Counted from the stretch's first letter, positions 1 to 13,700 are shown. The stretch is DNA of 64,000 bases from Macrostomum hystrix (GCA_950097015.1 CATNEN010000031.1:992001-1056000), one strand, 5' to 3'. Program-made: numbers and translations. The notes: generated by a model from the letters alone, not told the origin.

Positions 1-742
1 GCTGTTCCCCACGCCACCACATGAAGCATCAATGAAGGGCAGCAGCGTCTGTAGAAGGTTGGCTTGGCAAAAAAATTGGCAAATACGACTCGGCAGTCAC
101 AGTCGCATCCAGGAACACAAGCTCCGTCTTTGCGTGCACTGTGATGCCTGCCCACACGTGAATAGAAGCTGACTGGCTCTCTGAGTTTTGCACGTGCTGC
201 GGCAGCATCTCCTGGCGTGGCTGGCGCCACACTCGAATGCGGCCGTCGGCACGGAACAATCGAAAGCGGCTATCATCCGAGAAAATCACTCGCCGCCACT
301 GCTGCTGCCTCCACTGGACCCTTTGCATTGCCCATTGTTGCCGGCTGGCCACATGGGTTGGGGTCAGGCGTGGCCGTTTGCGCATCTTACGGTATCAGAG
401 CCCCGACTCCCGCTATTGTCGTCGGATGGTTTGGGCGCTCAGAATATCCCCTCGCCTGCTTCTTTCAGCCCACATCAGCCGTAGCAAGGTGGCTGTCAAT
501 GTGGGGCTTCCCTTCGACATTCGCAGCAATCGCCGGTCCGCCCTCCTAGTTGTACTGCGCATATTGAGCCGCCGGCCGCGCGTGGCTAGCGCCACGCTGC
601 CAGTTTCTCTGCACTTGATCTGCAGTTTGCGGATTGCTGTGCGAGACCGCCCAATTTGGCGAGTAATAGCTCGGATGGACACCCCAGCGTCCAGCATGCC
701 AACGGCGCGCGCTCGTTCCAGGTCGGTCATTTGGCGAACCAT
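1..742 (-). pseudogene. Tc1/mariner (IS630-Tc1) transposase, inactivated; runs off the left edge
   Basis: ORF 413-742 gives the paired/HTH region (RARAVGML..GVSIRAITRQIGRSRTAIRK..RETGSV..RGR..STT.R.DR). ORF 29-385 is in the same frame and gives the catalytic start (W..VIFSDDSRF..DGRIRVWR, SIHVWAGI). They are separated by in-frame TAG (413-415) and TGA (395-397). A frameshift near the poly-A run at ~68-74 moves the continuation (LLQTLLPFI) to another frame. TIRs not identified. Confidence 0.9.
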
Positions 743-1693
743 TCCGTTTGGTTGCGAACGTGGATCATAGACTCCTCTAAGCTGACTGCTACATGTGAAT
801 GTTTCCTTCGACTTGTCTGGCGTCTATGGCCTAAGTGCGTGTTGACGAAATCATCAATCGTCTATGGCACAAGTCTGGCGACAAAAAACCGGTTTTGAAA
901 CTCTAAATATACAACTTGCGCGAGGGTGGAAACTTTTCAATGTTGCTGAGTGTATATTAACTACTCGAACGATGAAATAAGTAGCACTCACCGAAACCGC
1001 CATCAACAAGATGATTGTCAGCTGAATCCGAGCCATTAATGTCAATTGTAGTAAGGTCAATCTTAAGAACAGGCCGAGAATTCTGAACTCACGTGAACTG
1101 GGCGCGCAAACTTGCTGACTGACTGTTCACTTACGGAGGAAGTGGTATTTATAGAAGACCTCGCATAGCATTATCTAATCTGTTTGAGGCACATTTAGTT
1201 CTCTATCCTTAGTCGACGCTGATTGGCTGTGAATGTCGCCCTTTACTTTCGTCCACCACTTTCTCACCCTTTCTCACAACTGAGGCGGCAGTGCTAGCTG
1301 TTAGACAATAGCCAATGCTCCATAGTTTAGAAGTCATTTGAAACAGTCCAGAAATGCTTAGTAGAAACAATGGAATAGGCATTTTAGTTATAACAAAAAC
1401 TGTGCCCTATTGTCTGAAACAGCCTTGAATCGATGCTTTCTGTGCGTGTCCCAGAAGACCCTCCAAAAATCGCCAGATTTTTTACTTTTTATGACTGAAG
1501 ACTTGTCACATTCTGTGACTGTCTAAAAACTGATTTCAAGACTGCATTGTGTGATTTCTATTAGGAAGAGTATACAAACGTATAGCCAAGCCTTTTTGAA
1601 TTTGCACTTTCAGTCCAAAATTTCCGCTAGTCTACTTTTAAATTAAAATAACTATTCATTGAGTTGAAATTCAGTTTTCTGCCTCTTAAACGC

Positions 1694-1975
1694 TGACAAC
1701 CAGCTGCTGTCTCATTGACAACCAGCTGCTGTCTCCTTGACACCCAGCTGCTGTCTCCTTGACAACCAGCTGCTGTCTCCTTGACACCCAGCTGCTGTCT
1801 CCTTGACAACCAGCTGCTGTCTCCTTGACAAACAGCTGCTGTCTCCCTGACACCTATCTGCTGTCTCCCTGACAACCAGCTGCTGTCTCCCTGACAACCA
1901 GCTGCTGTCTCCTTGACAACCAGCTGCTGTCTCCCTGACACCCAGCTGCTGTCTCCCTGTCACCCAGTTGCTGTC
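1694..1975. repeat. 22-bp minisatellite GACAACCAGCTGCTGTCTCCTT
   Basis: About 12-13 tandem copies visible; source of the spurious ORFs 1627-1941 and 1712-1963. Confidence 0.95.
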
Positions 1976-2440
1976 GAAGGATATCTGATATTCAATACAA
2001 GAACTGCATTAACCTAAAATGAGAAACTTCTCACAAACCTAAATAGATGCCCACCACGATTGGCTTAGACACTGACAGCCTATGATCGCTCAGCTGCTCC
2101 ACAATCCGAATTGCTTCCAGTCGGAAAAGCCAATAAAGGCACTGGGCCCACATAGGTACGCAAATTCTACAGAATCTTATTTGCGATGGGACAAATCTCC
2201 CATTGCCTAAAAGAAACCCCATCAATTGGAGGAGTTGAAAAACTCTCCCTAAGAGGAGTTTTCTAGTAAAACCCTCCTACAGAAGCGCTTCGCCTGCTGA
2301 CAAACGATCGCCTCAGGTAATTGCGAGTGTCTGGGACTGCCAAAAGTGATGGACAAGTTGAACAGTGTCAGAGACAGGGAGTGGATCCAGTCAAAAGCAT
2401 ATAGCTCAATTATTTGTATAGAAGACTGGGAGACACTTAA

Positions 2441-2479
2441 TGACTGACTGACTGACTGACTGACTGAGTGACTGACTGA
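2441..2479. repeat. (GACT)n microsatellite
   Basis: About 9 copies of TGAC with one interruption. Confidence 0.9.
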
Positions 2480-2619
2480 ACATGTAGTGTAGCCTGACGA
2501 GGCTGCTCGTGAAGTGCTTATTTTATTCGATAAATAAATAACTACAGTTCAAGATCTTAGATCCTTCCTATTTTAGAACTCCATCATGTCATGTCACGGC
2601 ATATTCTAGACTGGGCCCA

Positions 2620-3085
2620 CCATCATCTGAACAGGCATTCCATCATCTGATCAGGCATTCCATTATCTGATTAGGCATTCCATCATCTGATTAGGCATTC
2701 CATCATCTGGTTAGGCATTCCATCATCTGATTAGGCATTCCATTATCTGATTAGGCATTCCATCATCTGATTAGGCATTCCATCATCTGATCAGGCATTC
2801 CATCATCTGATCAGGCATTCCATCATCTGATCAGGCATTCCATCATCTGATCAGGCATTCCATCATCTGATCAGGCATTCCATCATCTGATTAGGCATTC
2901 CATCATCTGATTAGGCATTCCATCATCTGATTAGGCATTCCATCATCTGATCAGGCATTCCATCATCTGATCAGGCATTCCATCATCTGATTAGGCATTC
3001 CATCGTCTGATTAGGCATTCCATCATCTGATTAGGCATTCCATCATCTCATTAGGCATTCCATCATCTTATTTGGAGTTTCATCA
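2620..3085. repeat. 20-bp minisatellite CATCATCTGATTAGGCATTC
   Basis: About 23 copies, ending ~75 bp upstream of the glycosyltransferase ATG. Confidence 0.95.
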
Positions 3086-3159
3086 TCTCTTCTCGGCGCC
3101 GCCACAAAGCAAAGAAGGCCAATAGCAAAGTGTCTCAGGTACCTGCCAACCCGCAGCAG

Positions 3160-6100
3160 ATGTGGACACTCTGTTTGCTGTGGCGCCGGCGCCGCCGCGG
3201 CAGCCTACTGACGGCGCTGCTAGCCGGCATCGGCGCCCTCCTGACCGTCGCCTTCCTACTGGGACTCGTGGCGCCGATTCGAAGATTCGGCCAAAAATGG
3301 CGCCCGCCGCCGCGCCTCATCCATCAAATGTGCTCAGACCTGGACAGCATTCCCAGCCAGTATCAGCACTACGCCGAGTCCTGGCTGGCCAGCCATCGGG
3401 ACCATCGCTACCTGCTGTGGACTGACAGCGGCCTCCACCGCCTGCTGGATCTGCACTATCCGGAGGCCGCAAATTGGACTCGGCAGCTGCTGCGCTCCCG
3501 ACTGGAATTCTCCGACGTGGCCCGCTACTACCTGCTGCTCCACTACGGCGGCGTATACGCCGATTTGGACGTCCGAGCGAGGCGCGAACTCGCGACCTAT
3601 CTGGAGAGTCTGGCCAGACGGAAATCTGCGGCCTGCGGCTGCTACCTGGGCCAGGAGCCGGCGGCTCACGCTGTGCTGCTGTTTGGCCTGCCCATGTTGC
3701 CTAGCAACGCGCTGATGGCCTGCTCACCGGGGCACAGCTTCCAACGCTTCATCACTGACCTGCTGCCGATCTACATCAGCCGGAGGGCCAGCGCCCTTCC
3801 CGGCGAGGGCGAGATTCGGCGAGGCGGCTTTGGAGCCAACAAGTACACAGGTGGGTCTTGAACTCAGGATTCATTCTGGATGGGAATGGGATATTCTGAA
3901 TGGGAATGGGATATTCTAGATGGGAATTGGATATTCTGGATGGGAATGGGATATTCTGGATGGGAATGGGATATTCTGGATGGGAATGGGATATTCTGGA
4001 TAGGAATGGGATATTCTGGATGGGAATGGGATATTCTAGATGGGAATGGGGTATTAAGGATGGGAATGGGGTATTAAGGATGAGAATAGGACATTCTGGA
4101 TGGGTATGGGATATTAAGGATGGGAATGGGATATTCTGGATGGGAATGGGATATTCTGGATGGGAATGAGATAATCTGGATGGGAATGGGGTATTAAGGA
4201 TGAGAATAGGACATTCTGGATGGGTATGGGATATTCTGGATGGGAATGGGATATTCTGGATGGGAATGGGATGTTCTGGATGGAAATGGGGTATTAAGGA
4301 TGGGAATGAGATATTCTGGATAAGAATGGGATATTCTGGATGGGAATGGGATATTCTGGATGGGAATGGGATATTCTGGATGGGAATGGGGTATTAAGGA
4401 TGGGCATGAGATAATCTGGATGGGAATGGGGTATTCTAGATGGGAATGGGATATTCTGGATGGGAATGGGGTATAAAGGATGGGAATGGGATATTCTGGA
4501 TGGGAATGAGGTATTAAGGATGAGAATGGGACATTCTGGATGGGAATGGGATATTCTGGATGGGAATGGGATATTCTGGATGGGAATGGGATGTTCTGGA
4601 TGGAAATGGGGTATTAAGGATGGGAATGAGATATTCTGGATGGGAATGGGATATTCTGGATGGGAATGGGATATTCTGGATGGGAATGGGATGTTCTGGA
4701 TGGAAATGGGGTATTAAGGATGGGAATGAGATATTCTGGATAAGAATGGGATATTCTGGATGGGAATGGGATATTCTGGATGGGAATGGGATATTCTGGA
4801 TGGGAATGGGGTATTAAGGATGGGAATGAGATAATCTGGATGGGAATGGGGTATTCTAGATGGGAATGGGATATTCTGGATGGGAATGGGATATTCTGGA
4901 TGGGAATGGGATATTCTGGATGGGAATGGGATATTCTGGATGGGAATGGGGTATTCTAGATGGGAATGGGGTATTCTGGATGGGAATGGGATATTTTGGA
5001 TGGGAATGGGGTATTCTAGATGGGAATGGGATATTCTGGATGGGAATGGGGTATTAAGGATAGGAATGGGATATTTTGGATGGGAATGGGGTATTAAGGA
5101 TGGGAATGCGATATTCTGGATGGGAATCGGGTATTAAGGATGGGAATGGGATATTCTGGATGGGAATGGGGTATTAAGGATGGGAATGGGATATTCTGGA
5201 TGGGAATGGGGTATTAAGGATGGGAATGGGATATTCTGGATGGGAATGGGGTATTAAGGATGGGAATGGGATATTCTGGATGGGAATGGGGTATTAAGGA
5301 TGGGAATGGGATAAGTTGTTGGAGGGATTGGGATAAATTGTTGATGCAGATGGGATTTTCTGAATCGATAATTTGTGATGCGAGGATTGGAACTGGAAAT
5401 TCAATGGGATATTTAGAATAGAATAGGGTATTCAACATGTGGAAAAGGGAATTCCAAATAGGGATAGGGAGCAATAAATGGAAATAGGAAATTATAGATG
5501 GAAACGAGATTCCGGATGAAGTGAGATTTTTCAATAGGGAACAATGTGGTTAATTAGAATGGGATATTTTCGGAAATCAGTAGAAGCAAATTTTCAAGTG
5601 CCTCAAACGCGCAAATGTGGCCAGAAACCAAGCAAGCGGGGCTGGAAATGAAACCCGGAGCTTCCGCTTTCTCAGAAGCTGCGAAGCGCCAAACTCGTAG
5701 ATTTATTTGATAGAAAAAATCTCTTAAAAATCACTGCTCACCATTGTCTTCGAGATTCGCTTGACTGATTGTTAGCCCAGCCGGCTGCCGTTGAACCTGC
5801 TCTAACCTGCCGTCGCCACCCCCTAACCCACAGTGTGCTCAACACTATATCGCAATATCCGGTGCGTGTGCAATTTCCTCCCCTATTCCAGTTTCATTTT
5901 TATCATGCGCCAATAAATCACCAGGTGGGCAGCTCTCTCCCAAATCCAAATCCGCACAATAAAATCCCATTTTTAAAAACAGATAAGGGATATTTTTTAG
6001 TCGCTCCCAGAGCGGAGGCTGACAAGGGCATGATTTGAGAGACAAATTTTAGAGCGAAAAAGACGACAGAGAGCTGTACACACCCTCGACTATTATTTAT

Positions 6101-8312
6101 TTATAGAAGTAACATTGTTCTCTTTTACTGATATAGCTTGGCCGAAAGCTAGACGTCTCATGTAACTGCACAATGAGTTACGCCAGCGCTGGAATAGAAC
6201 GTTGAATATTACAGCTTCGCTAGCTTACCCTTACAACGCAGGGGTTGTAATTGGCTGTAATTCTACCCTTACAACTGACCTAAATGTACTCCAACAACTT
6301 TCCTGACTTAAACCTAGCCTTAAAATGTTTCCTGACCTCAACCCAGCCTTAAAAATTTCCTGACCTCAACCTAGCCTTAAAACTTTCCTGACTTAAACCT
6401 AGCCTTAAAATGTTTCCTGACCTCAACCTAGCCTTAAAATGTATCCTGACCTCAACCTAGCCTTAAAACTTTCCTGACTTAAACCTAGCCTTAAAATGTT
6501 TCCTGACCTCAACCTAGCCTTAAAATGTTTCCTGACCTCAACCTTTAAACTTTCCTGACCTCAACCTAGCCTTAAAATGTTTCCTGACCTCAACCCAGCC
6601 TTAAAATGTTTCCTGACCTCAACCCAGCCTTAAAATGTTTCCTGACATCAACCCAGCCTTAAAATGTTTCCTGACCTCAACCTAGCCTTAAAATGTTTCC
6701 TGACCTCAACCTTTAAACTTTCCTGACCTCAACCTAGCCTTAAAATGTTTCCTGACCTCAACCCAGCCTTAAAATGTTTCCTGACCTCAACCTAGCCTTA
6801 AAATGTTTCCTGACCTCAACCTAGCCTTAAAATGTTTCCTGACCTAAACCAAGCCTTAAAACTTTCCTGACCTCAACCTAGCCTTAAAATGTTTCCTGAC
6901 CTCAACCCAGCCTTAAAACTTTCCTGACCTCAACCTAGCCTTAAAATGTTTCCTGACCTCAACCTAGCCTTAAAATGTTTCCTGACCTCAACCCAGCCTT
7001 AAAATGTTTCCTGACCTCAACCCAGCCTTAAAAATTTCCTGACCTCAACCCAGCCTTAAAACTTTCCTGACCTCAACCTAGCCTTAAAATGTTTCCTGAC
7101 CTCAACCTAGCCTTAAAATGTTTCCTGACCTCAACCCAGCCTTAAAATGTTTCCTGACCTCAACCCAGCCTTAAAAATTTCCTGACCTCAACCCAGCCTT
7201 AAAAATTTCCTGACCTCAACCCAGCCTTAAAATGTTTCCTGACATCAACCCAGCCTTAAAATGTTTCCTGACCTCAACCTAGCCTTAAAATGTTTCCTGA
7301 CCTCAACCCAGCCTTAAAATGTTTCCTGACATCAACCCAGCCTTAAAAATTTCCTGACCTCAACCCAGCCTTAAAATGTTTCCTGACATCAACCCAGCCT
7401 TAAAATGTTTCCTGACCTCAACCCAGCCTTAAAATGTTTCCTGACCTCAACCCAGCCTTAAAATGTTTCCTGACCTCAACCCAGCCTTAAAATGTTTCCT
7501 GACCTTAATCTTGCCTTAACATTTTCCTGACCTAAACCTAGCCTAACAAGTTCCCAGACATAAAGTTAGCCCTAATGTAACTTAACTTTTAACTTAAATC
7601 TACCCCTTCAACTTTTTTTCTGACCTAAATTTATACCGAAAAGTTTCGGAAACCTAAATCTAGCTTTACAACTCTTGTGACCTAAATTTTCCTAGACGAG
7701 AGTTTCACCCGGCTGTGAAATGAGAAGCGTTAGCTAGGGTAGAAATTTGGCTGGGTGCGGCGACCCTCCAGTCCATGGACTGAACAGCTGTACGCAGCTT
7801 TTAGAAGAGCTGCGCAATGGCAATGAGACTAGCTGTACATCTGACCCAACTGGTCAGGTGTAATTTCTTCTAGCCAACAATTGCCAAAACTTCCATTGGC
7901 AGGCCCTCTGATGTTATACCGCTTTCTAAAAAAATACGAGCGCCAGCGCGTCTGCGACCCCTCAGAGCCCAGCTGCTCCGTCTGCCTGATGGAGCCCGAA
8001 GCCACGATGCCCTACGTGGACCCCTCGCAGCGGGAGCTGATGCGCCAGCGGTGCCGCCAGGCCCTGACACGGCACGCCCTCATGCCGGCACTGACTAGCA
8101 ACGCTCTGCGCGCCAACTTCTGCGCCAGCGCCGACGCCGCTAGCATCGAGTGGCAGTCGGGCGAGGCGGGGCACGTTGGCCGTGTGTTCGCCGAGCACGA
8201 CTTCTTGCACCTGGCCTACGGCGACAGGAAGCCGGGGCCGGTGCTAAACGCCAGCCTATTAGCGGCAAATTATCCCGGCCAGGTGACATTGGTGACCTGG
8301 GAACTGCCGTAG
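3160..8312 (+). CDS. DxD-motif glycosyltransferase (Gly_transf_sug / GT32, SUR1-OCH1-like), type II membrane protein, 2 exons, ~366 aa
   Basis: Exon 3160-3850 (ATG at 3160; TM anchor LLTALLAGIGALLTVAFLLGLV; IHQM; YLLWTD; SDVARYYLLLHYGGVYADLDV; SNALMACSPGHSF) ends at a GT donor at 3851. Exon 7903-8312 follows an AG at 7901-7902. The phase-1 join gives KYT-G-PLMLY, the family TGP motif. Total 1101 nt, in frame. The 3' end is less certain. Confidence 0.85.
3878..5312. repeat. 20-bp G-rich minisatellite GGATGGGAATGGGATATTCT
   Basis: About 70 copies with variants, inside the glycosyltransferase intron. Confidence 0.95.
6298..7550. repeat. ~29-bp minisatellite CCTGACCTCAACCCAGCCTTAAAATGTTT
   Basis: About 43 copies with degenerate edges, same intron. 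Confidence 0.95.
7749..7815 (+). repeat. Dispersed repeat fragment (CCAGTCCATGGACTGAACAGCTGTACGCAG family)
   Basis: Related segments at ~20351-20400 and ~39705-39780, the last at the end of a tRNA-headed element. Confidence 0.6.
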
Positions 8313-8559
8313 CAACGCACCGACTCATACGCTAAGTCTCCCAGCTCATACTGTGTATAATGCACTAGAGTCTTAATGCGAACGCTCGCTGCACTTTAGT
8401 TACCATGATTGCGTATTATATATTATATAAACTAGATTAATTTAAGCCATTTATCTTGCCAATTAACTAAAAAAACATTTGGCAACGCCTCAAAGCCGCC
8501 ACCACGACAAAATCGGAGACCATATTCGCCTTTTAGAAATTATCTCAGAAGCTAAAACT

Positions 8560-9115
8560 ACCTGCTGAAGGATCACAGGCTAGCAATGACCTGCTGAAGG
8601 ATCACAGCATAGCAATGACCTGCTGAAAGATCACAGGCTAGCAATGACCTGCTGAAAGATCACAGGCTAGCAATGACCTGCTGAAGGATCACAGGCTAGC
8701 AATGACCTGCTGAAGGATCACAGGATAGCAATGACCTGCTGAAGGATCACAGGATAGCAATGACCTGCTGAAAGATCACAGGCTAGCAATGACCTGCTGA
8801 AGGATCACAGGATAGCAATGACCTGCTGAAAGATCACAGGCTAGCAATGACCTGCTGAATGATCACAGGATAGCAATGATCTGCTGAAGGATCACAGGAT
8901 TGCAATGACCTGCTGAAGGATCACAGGCTAGCAATGACCTGCTGAAAGATCACAGGCTAGCAATGACCTGCTGAAGGATTACAGGATAGCAATGACCTGC
9001 TGAAAGATCACAGGCTAGCAATGACCTGCTGAATGATCACAGGATTGCAATGACCTGCTGAAGGATCACAGGATAGCAATGACCTGCTGAAGGATCACAG
9101 GCTAGCAATGACCAG
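8560..9115. repeat. 29-bp minisatellite ACCTGCTGAAGGATCACAGGCTAGCAATG
   Basis: About 19 copies. Confidence 0.95.
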
Positions 9116-9869
9116 TTAAAGGATCATGCCTGTGAGTGTCTATAAACAGAGAGAATTTTATAAACAAAGGCAATTTGTCAGAATGGACATATCAAAGCAC
9201 ATGCTAAGCATTCCCATTCGAATATTTTGTATTGCGACAGTTGCCAATTTCACATTGTAAGTCGCGAAACGCGAAAAAGTCTCGATCAAAAAAACTTCCA
9301 GTAACAAAATAGCATTAACAGTTTTAAATTTTATCAATATAAACTTGGATTTTAAAAGGTCAAAAAAAATCAAAAAAAATTCCGTCGTTCTCAGCTTAGC
9401 AACTAGCTAATCAAAGTGCAGATTAAGTAGTATGATAAATAAGCATAAACCTGCTAGGCGGTAAGAGGGCAAGCGAACGGTTCGTTTAAAAAAAATAGCA
9501 CGCTAGCGTTAATTAAGGCTTATATAACACCTGATGTGGCAGGGTTAAATAGAAAATAAATAAACCTGATGGACAAGAAGCGGTCTAGCGCTGAGATTAA
9601 TATATAAATTTAAACAGCCGCGTTTCTTAGAAATTCACGATATTTTCTTTGAAATAAATGGCGATTAAACACGATCGGTACAAAATTATAAAATACTAGG
9701 AATATAATAAACAATAGCAAAGTTAACAGCATAAAATAGGTTAAGATTTGGCTAACAGAGTATAGCATGCGAATTCAGGCCCTGTAGCGTTAGCAGATAT
9801 TTACTCATGACGAACTGTACAATTGAAGATAGAAATGTCTATCCAGCCTCTTGCCAGGCTGCATTTCCA

Positions 9870-10095
9870 GATACGATTCCAGCTGCGATTCTTAATCAGA
9901 TTCCAGCTTTTACTTCCTACGATTCCAGCTGCGATTCTTAATCAGATTCCAGCTCTTACTTCCTACGATTCCAGCTGCGATTCTTAATCAGATTCCAGCT
10001 CTTACTTCCTACGATTCCAGCTGCGATTCTTAATCAGATTCCAGCTTTTACTTCCTACGATTCCAGCTTTCACTTTCTACGATTCTGAGATTCCA
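9870..10095. repeat. 46-bp minisatellite containing GATTCCAGCTGC
   Basis: Units start at 9875, 9921, 9967 and 10013; related to the 12-bp GATTCTAGCTGC family. Confidence 0.9.
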
Positions 10096-10750
10096 ACTGA
10101 GTTTCTGTGGTCCTGTAACTAGCTGTGATTCCTGCTACGTATTCAGTTGTTAATTCCGATGAAACAGACAATATCTTGCTAGGATTTTTATATACCCTTA
10201 TATTGTTGTCTAAAGTCAGGGTTCTCGGGGTATGCCATACAATATTATGGCATAATGTCCTGAATTATAAAAAATTGGCGTAAAAGAACAATGATTAGAC
10301 GAGAAGGAAGGATTAAAAAAGCCTTATAAAAAGATGAGCACAATGTAACTCTAAGCTAACACGTTAAGGTACACTAAAAAACAAGAAACGTAACAAAAAC
10401 TCAACTGTAAAAAATTGAAACACAAAAACCAGAAAAACCAAAAATTGAAGCATATTGCAGTAGTCCTGGAGTGACACAGACATACTTGCACGATCATTAC
10501 TCCATAACACTTTCGTCCGCGTAGCCAAACACAATGGCCATTGTGCGCTGGGCAACGATGGAACTAAATCCCACTTCCTAATTAGATTTGGGGATTCTAC
10601 AACATCCGGTAGAGAATTATAGACAATGAGGATTGGGAATTTTGTCAAGCCTCTCTTTGAACGATAAAGTTGATTTTAAACAATTTTTTTAAATAGCTTA
10701 CAATGGCTTCACACAGACATTTTGTTAGTTCGCGAATTGAAATCAAAGTT

Positions 10751-13700
10751 TCACACCTCGGCCTCAGCAATGTCCTTCTCATCCACGGGCTTGGTCAGCA
10801 TCGGATCGTTCTTCTTGCCCAGGATGTCCATCAGCGACTGCGGCATGAAGTACGGCCTTTCTGCCGAGCCGTCATTGCGCTCCAGGTCCTCCACTGCAAG
10901 GGATTTGGGAATCAAGGATTGAGGATCAGCTTGGTGGGGTATGGGATAATGGATCAGATTGGTGGGATATGGGATAATGGATCAGCTTGGTGGGATATGG
11001 GATAATGGATCAGCTTGGTGGGATATGGGATAATGGATCAGCTTGGTGGGATATGGGATAATGGATCAGCTTGGTGGGATATGGGATAATGGATCAGCTT
11101 GGTGGGATATGGGATAATGGATCAGCTTGGTGGGATATGGGATAATGGATCAGCTTGGTGGGATATGGGATAATGGATCAGCTTGGTGGGGTATGGGATA
11201 ATGGATCAGCTTGGTGGGATATGGGATAATGGATCAGCTTGGTGGGGTATGGGATAATGGATTAGCTTGGTGGGATATGGGATAATAGATAATACACAAA
11301 ATTGGAGGATAATATACAGCTGAGGGATAACAAGTGCCAAGTGAATACTTACGGAAGCACAAGAACATGGTGTCAACGCCCATGTTGTAGACGGACAGAA
11401 ACAAGCAGGCGCAGAAGTAGGCGAACACTACAATGATCTGAAGAGGTATGAGAATTGTGACAAATGCCATACACAAACATAAATTAGGCGTCGCATTAAG
11501 ACATAGGGCGTTAAAGTTAAGGATTCGAGCTCGGGACCTACGGTGCAGGATTCGAGCTCGAGGCAGGATAGGTTAAAAGGTAGTTGATTCTTAAATAACT
11601 TTCAATCATAAAAACACGAATAAGACAAAAAATCAGTTATTTCACTCACTTAACGTGGAAAGGATGTGACCTTCATACGTGTATTATAAGTCTACCCCTT
11701 TTTACATTCTAGATCTGCTAGTAGATTTGCTAACCCTAAGCACAATAGCCAGCTGATTCTATAGCTAAAACTTGTACTTTTATAATAGCATTACTGCTTC
11801 CCATTTGCAAGACTGTAATATAGTGCTATAATTTGGTGCATTACTCAAAGCTGTGACAACAGATAACCATTTTAATTCAGAATGCTGATGTTACACGCAA
11901 TGTTTTTAGTGTGACAACAGATAACCATTTGAATTCAGAATGCTGATGTTACACGCAATGTTTTTAGTGTGACAATAAAACTTATTAAAAGCCGCAACTG
12001 AAATTCCTACCTAGTGAGCGAATAGCAGGCAAGACAGGTAGCGGAGCAAAGTTACACGCGCCAGTTAACTAAAGTAGCCTAGGAACACACACGGGACACA
12101 CACAGAGGCCCGCTCATGTTATTGCGTGTGTCCTATATAAAGAAGGGAAATTAGATTTGCCTTCCCCTGGGCTCTTGCATGAGTCAACTGAAAGTGCAGC
12201 CATTCATTCATCACCCAGCAGACAAAAGAATGACGGCTGGCTAGCTACATGGCTTATTGGTTTGATTGACTCATTCATCGATGCTTAGAGTTGAGAAGGC
12301 CCTCCAATGCGAGTTAGGCAAACTGGCTTTTGTGTCAATTGTCACGCTAGTCTGTCAGCTAACAGCGGTATCGCGCTTGCCAGAACCGCACAGTTTACAG
12401 GCTAAAAGCTGCGTTCTCACACGCAACAATAGGCGATTTAGTACTATTATTTTCTTCTAAAGTAGATTAAGAGGTAATAGCCTCTTAAGAGGTAAGGTGG
12501 TTAGATGGTAGATTCAATGAATGTCAGACAGTAGATTCATAGGGTGTCAGACAGTAGATTCATAGGTGTCAGACAGTAGATTCATAGGGTGTCAGACAGT
12601 AGATTCATAGGGTGTCAGACAGTAGATTCATAGGTGTCAGACAGTAGATTCATAGGGTGTCAGACAGTAGATTCATAGGGTGTCAGACAGTAGATTCATA
12701 GGGTGTCAGACAGTAGATTCATAGAGAGTCAGACAGTAGATTCAGTGCGTCAGACAGTAGATTCATAGGGTGTCAGACAGTAGATTCATAGGGTGTCAGT
12801 CAGTAGATTCATAGGGTGTCAGACAGTAGATTCATAGGGTGTCAGACAGTAGATTCATAGGGTGTCAGACAGTAGATTCATAGGGTGTCAGACAGTAGAT
12901 TCATAGGGTGTCAGACAGTAGATTCATAGGGTGTCAGACAGTAGATTCATAGGGTGTCAGACAGTAGATTCATAGAGAGTCAGACAGTAGATTCATAGGG
13001 TGTCAGACAGTAGATTCATAGGGTGTCAGACAGTAGATTCATAGGGTGTCAGACAGTAGATTCATAGGGTGTCAGACAGTAGATTCATAGGTGTCAGACA
13101 GTAGATTCATAGGGTGTCAGACAGTAGATTCATAGGGTGTCAGACAGTAGATTCATAGGGTGTCAGACAGTAGATTCATAGGGTGTCAGACAGTAGATTC
13201 ATAGAGAGTCAGACAGTAGATTCAGTGCGTCAGACAGTAGATTCATAGGGTGTCAGTCAGTAGATTTATAGGGTGTCAGACAGTAGATTCATAGGGTGTC
13301 AGACAGTAGATTCATAGAGAGTCAGACAGTAGATTCATAGGGTGTCAGACAGTAGATTCATAGGGTGTCAGACAGTAGATTCATAGGGTGTCAGACAGTA
13401 GATTCATAGGGTGTCAGACAGTAGATTCATAGGGTGTCAGACAGTAGATTCATAGGGTGTCAGACAGTAGATTCATAGGGAGTCAGAAAGTAGACTCATA
13501 GGGTGTCAGGCAGCAGATGAAAGCATTAAAATACTAAATGATTAGCTGTGATTAAGCGAAACCTATAATGCACACTTGTTAATTGGTAAATCAAACTTTA
13601 AATCATAAAAAATATAAAATAGACGCAACAATTATTCTTGAGTGGGGTCTCAGTTCGCGAATACGTGGCCTCTGTGCCGGTAGACTCCTTGTGTATGGAG

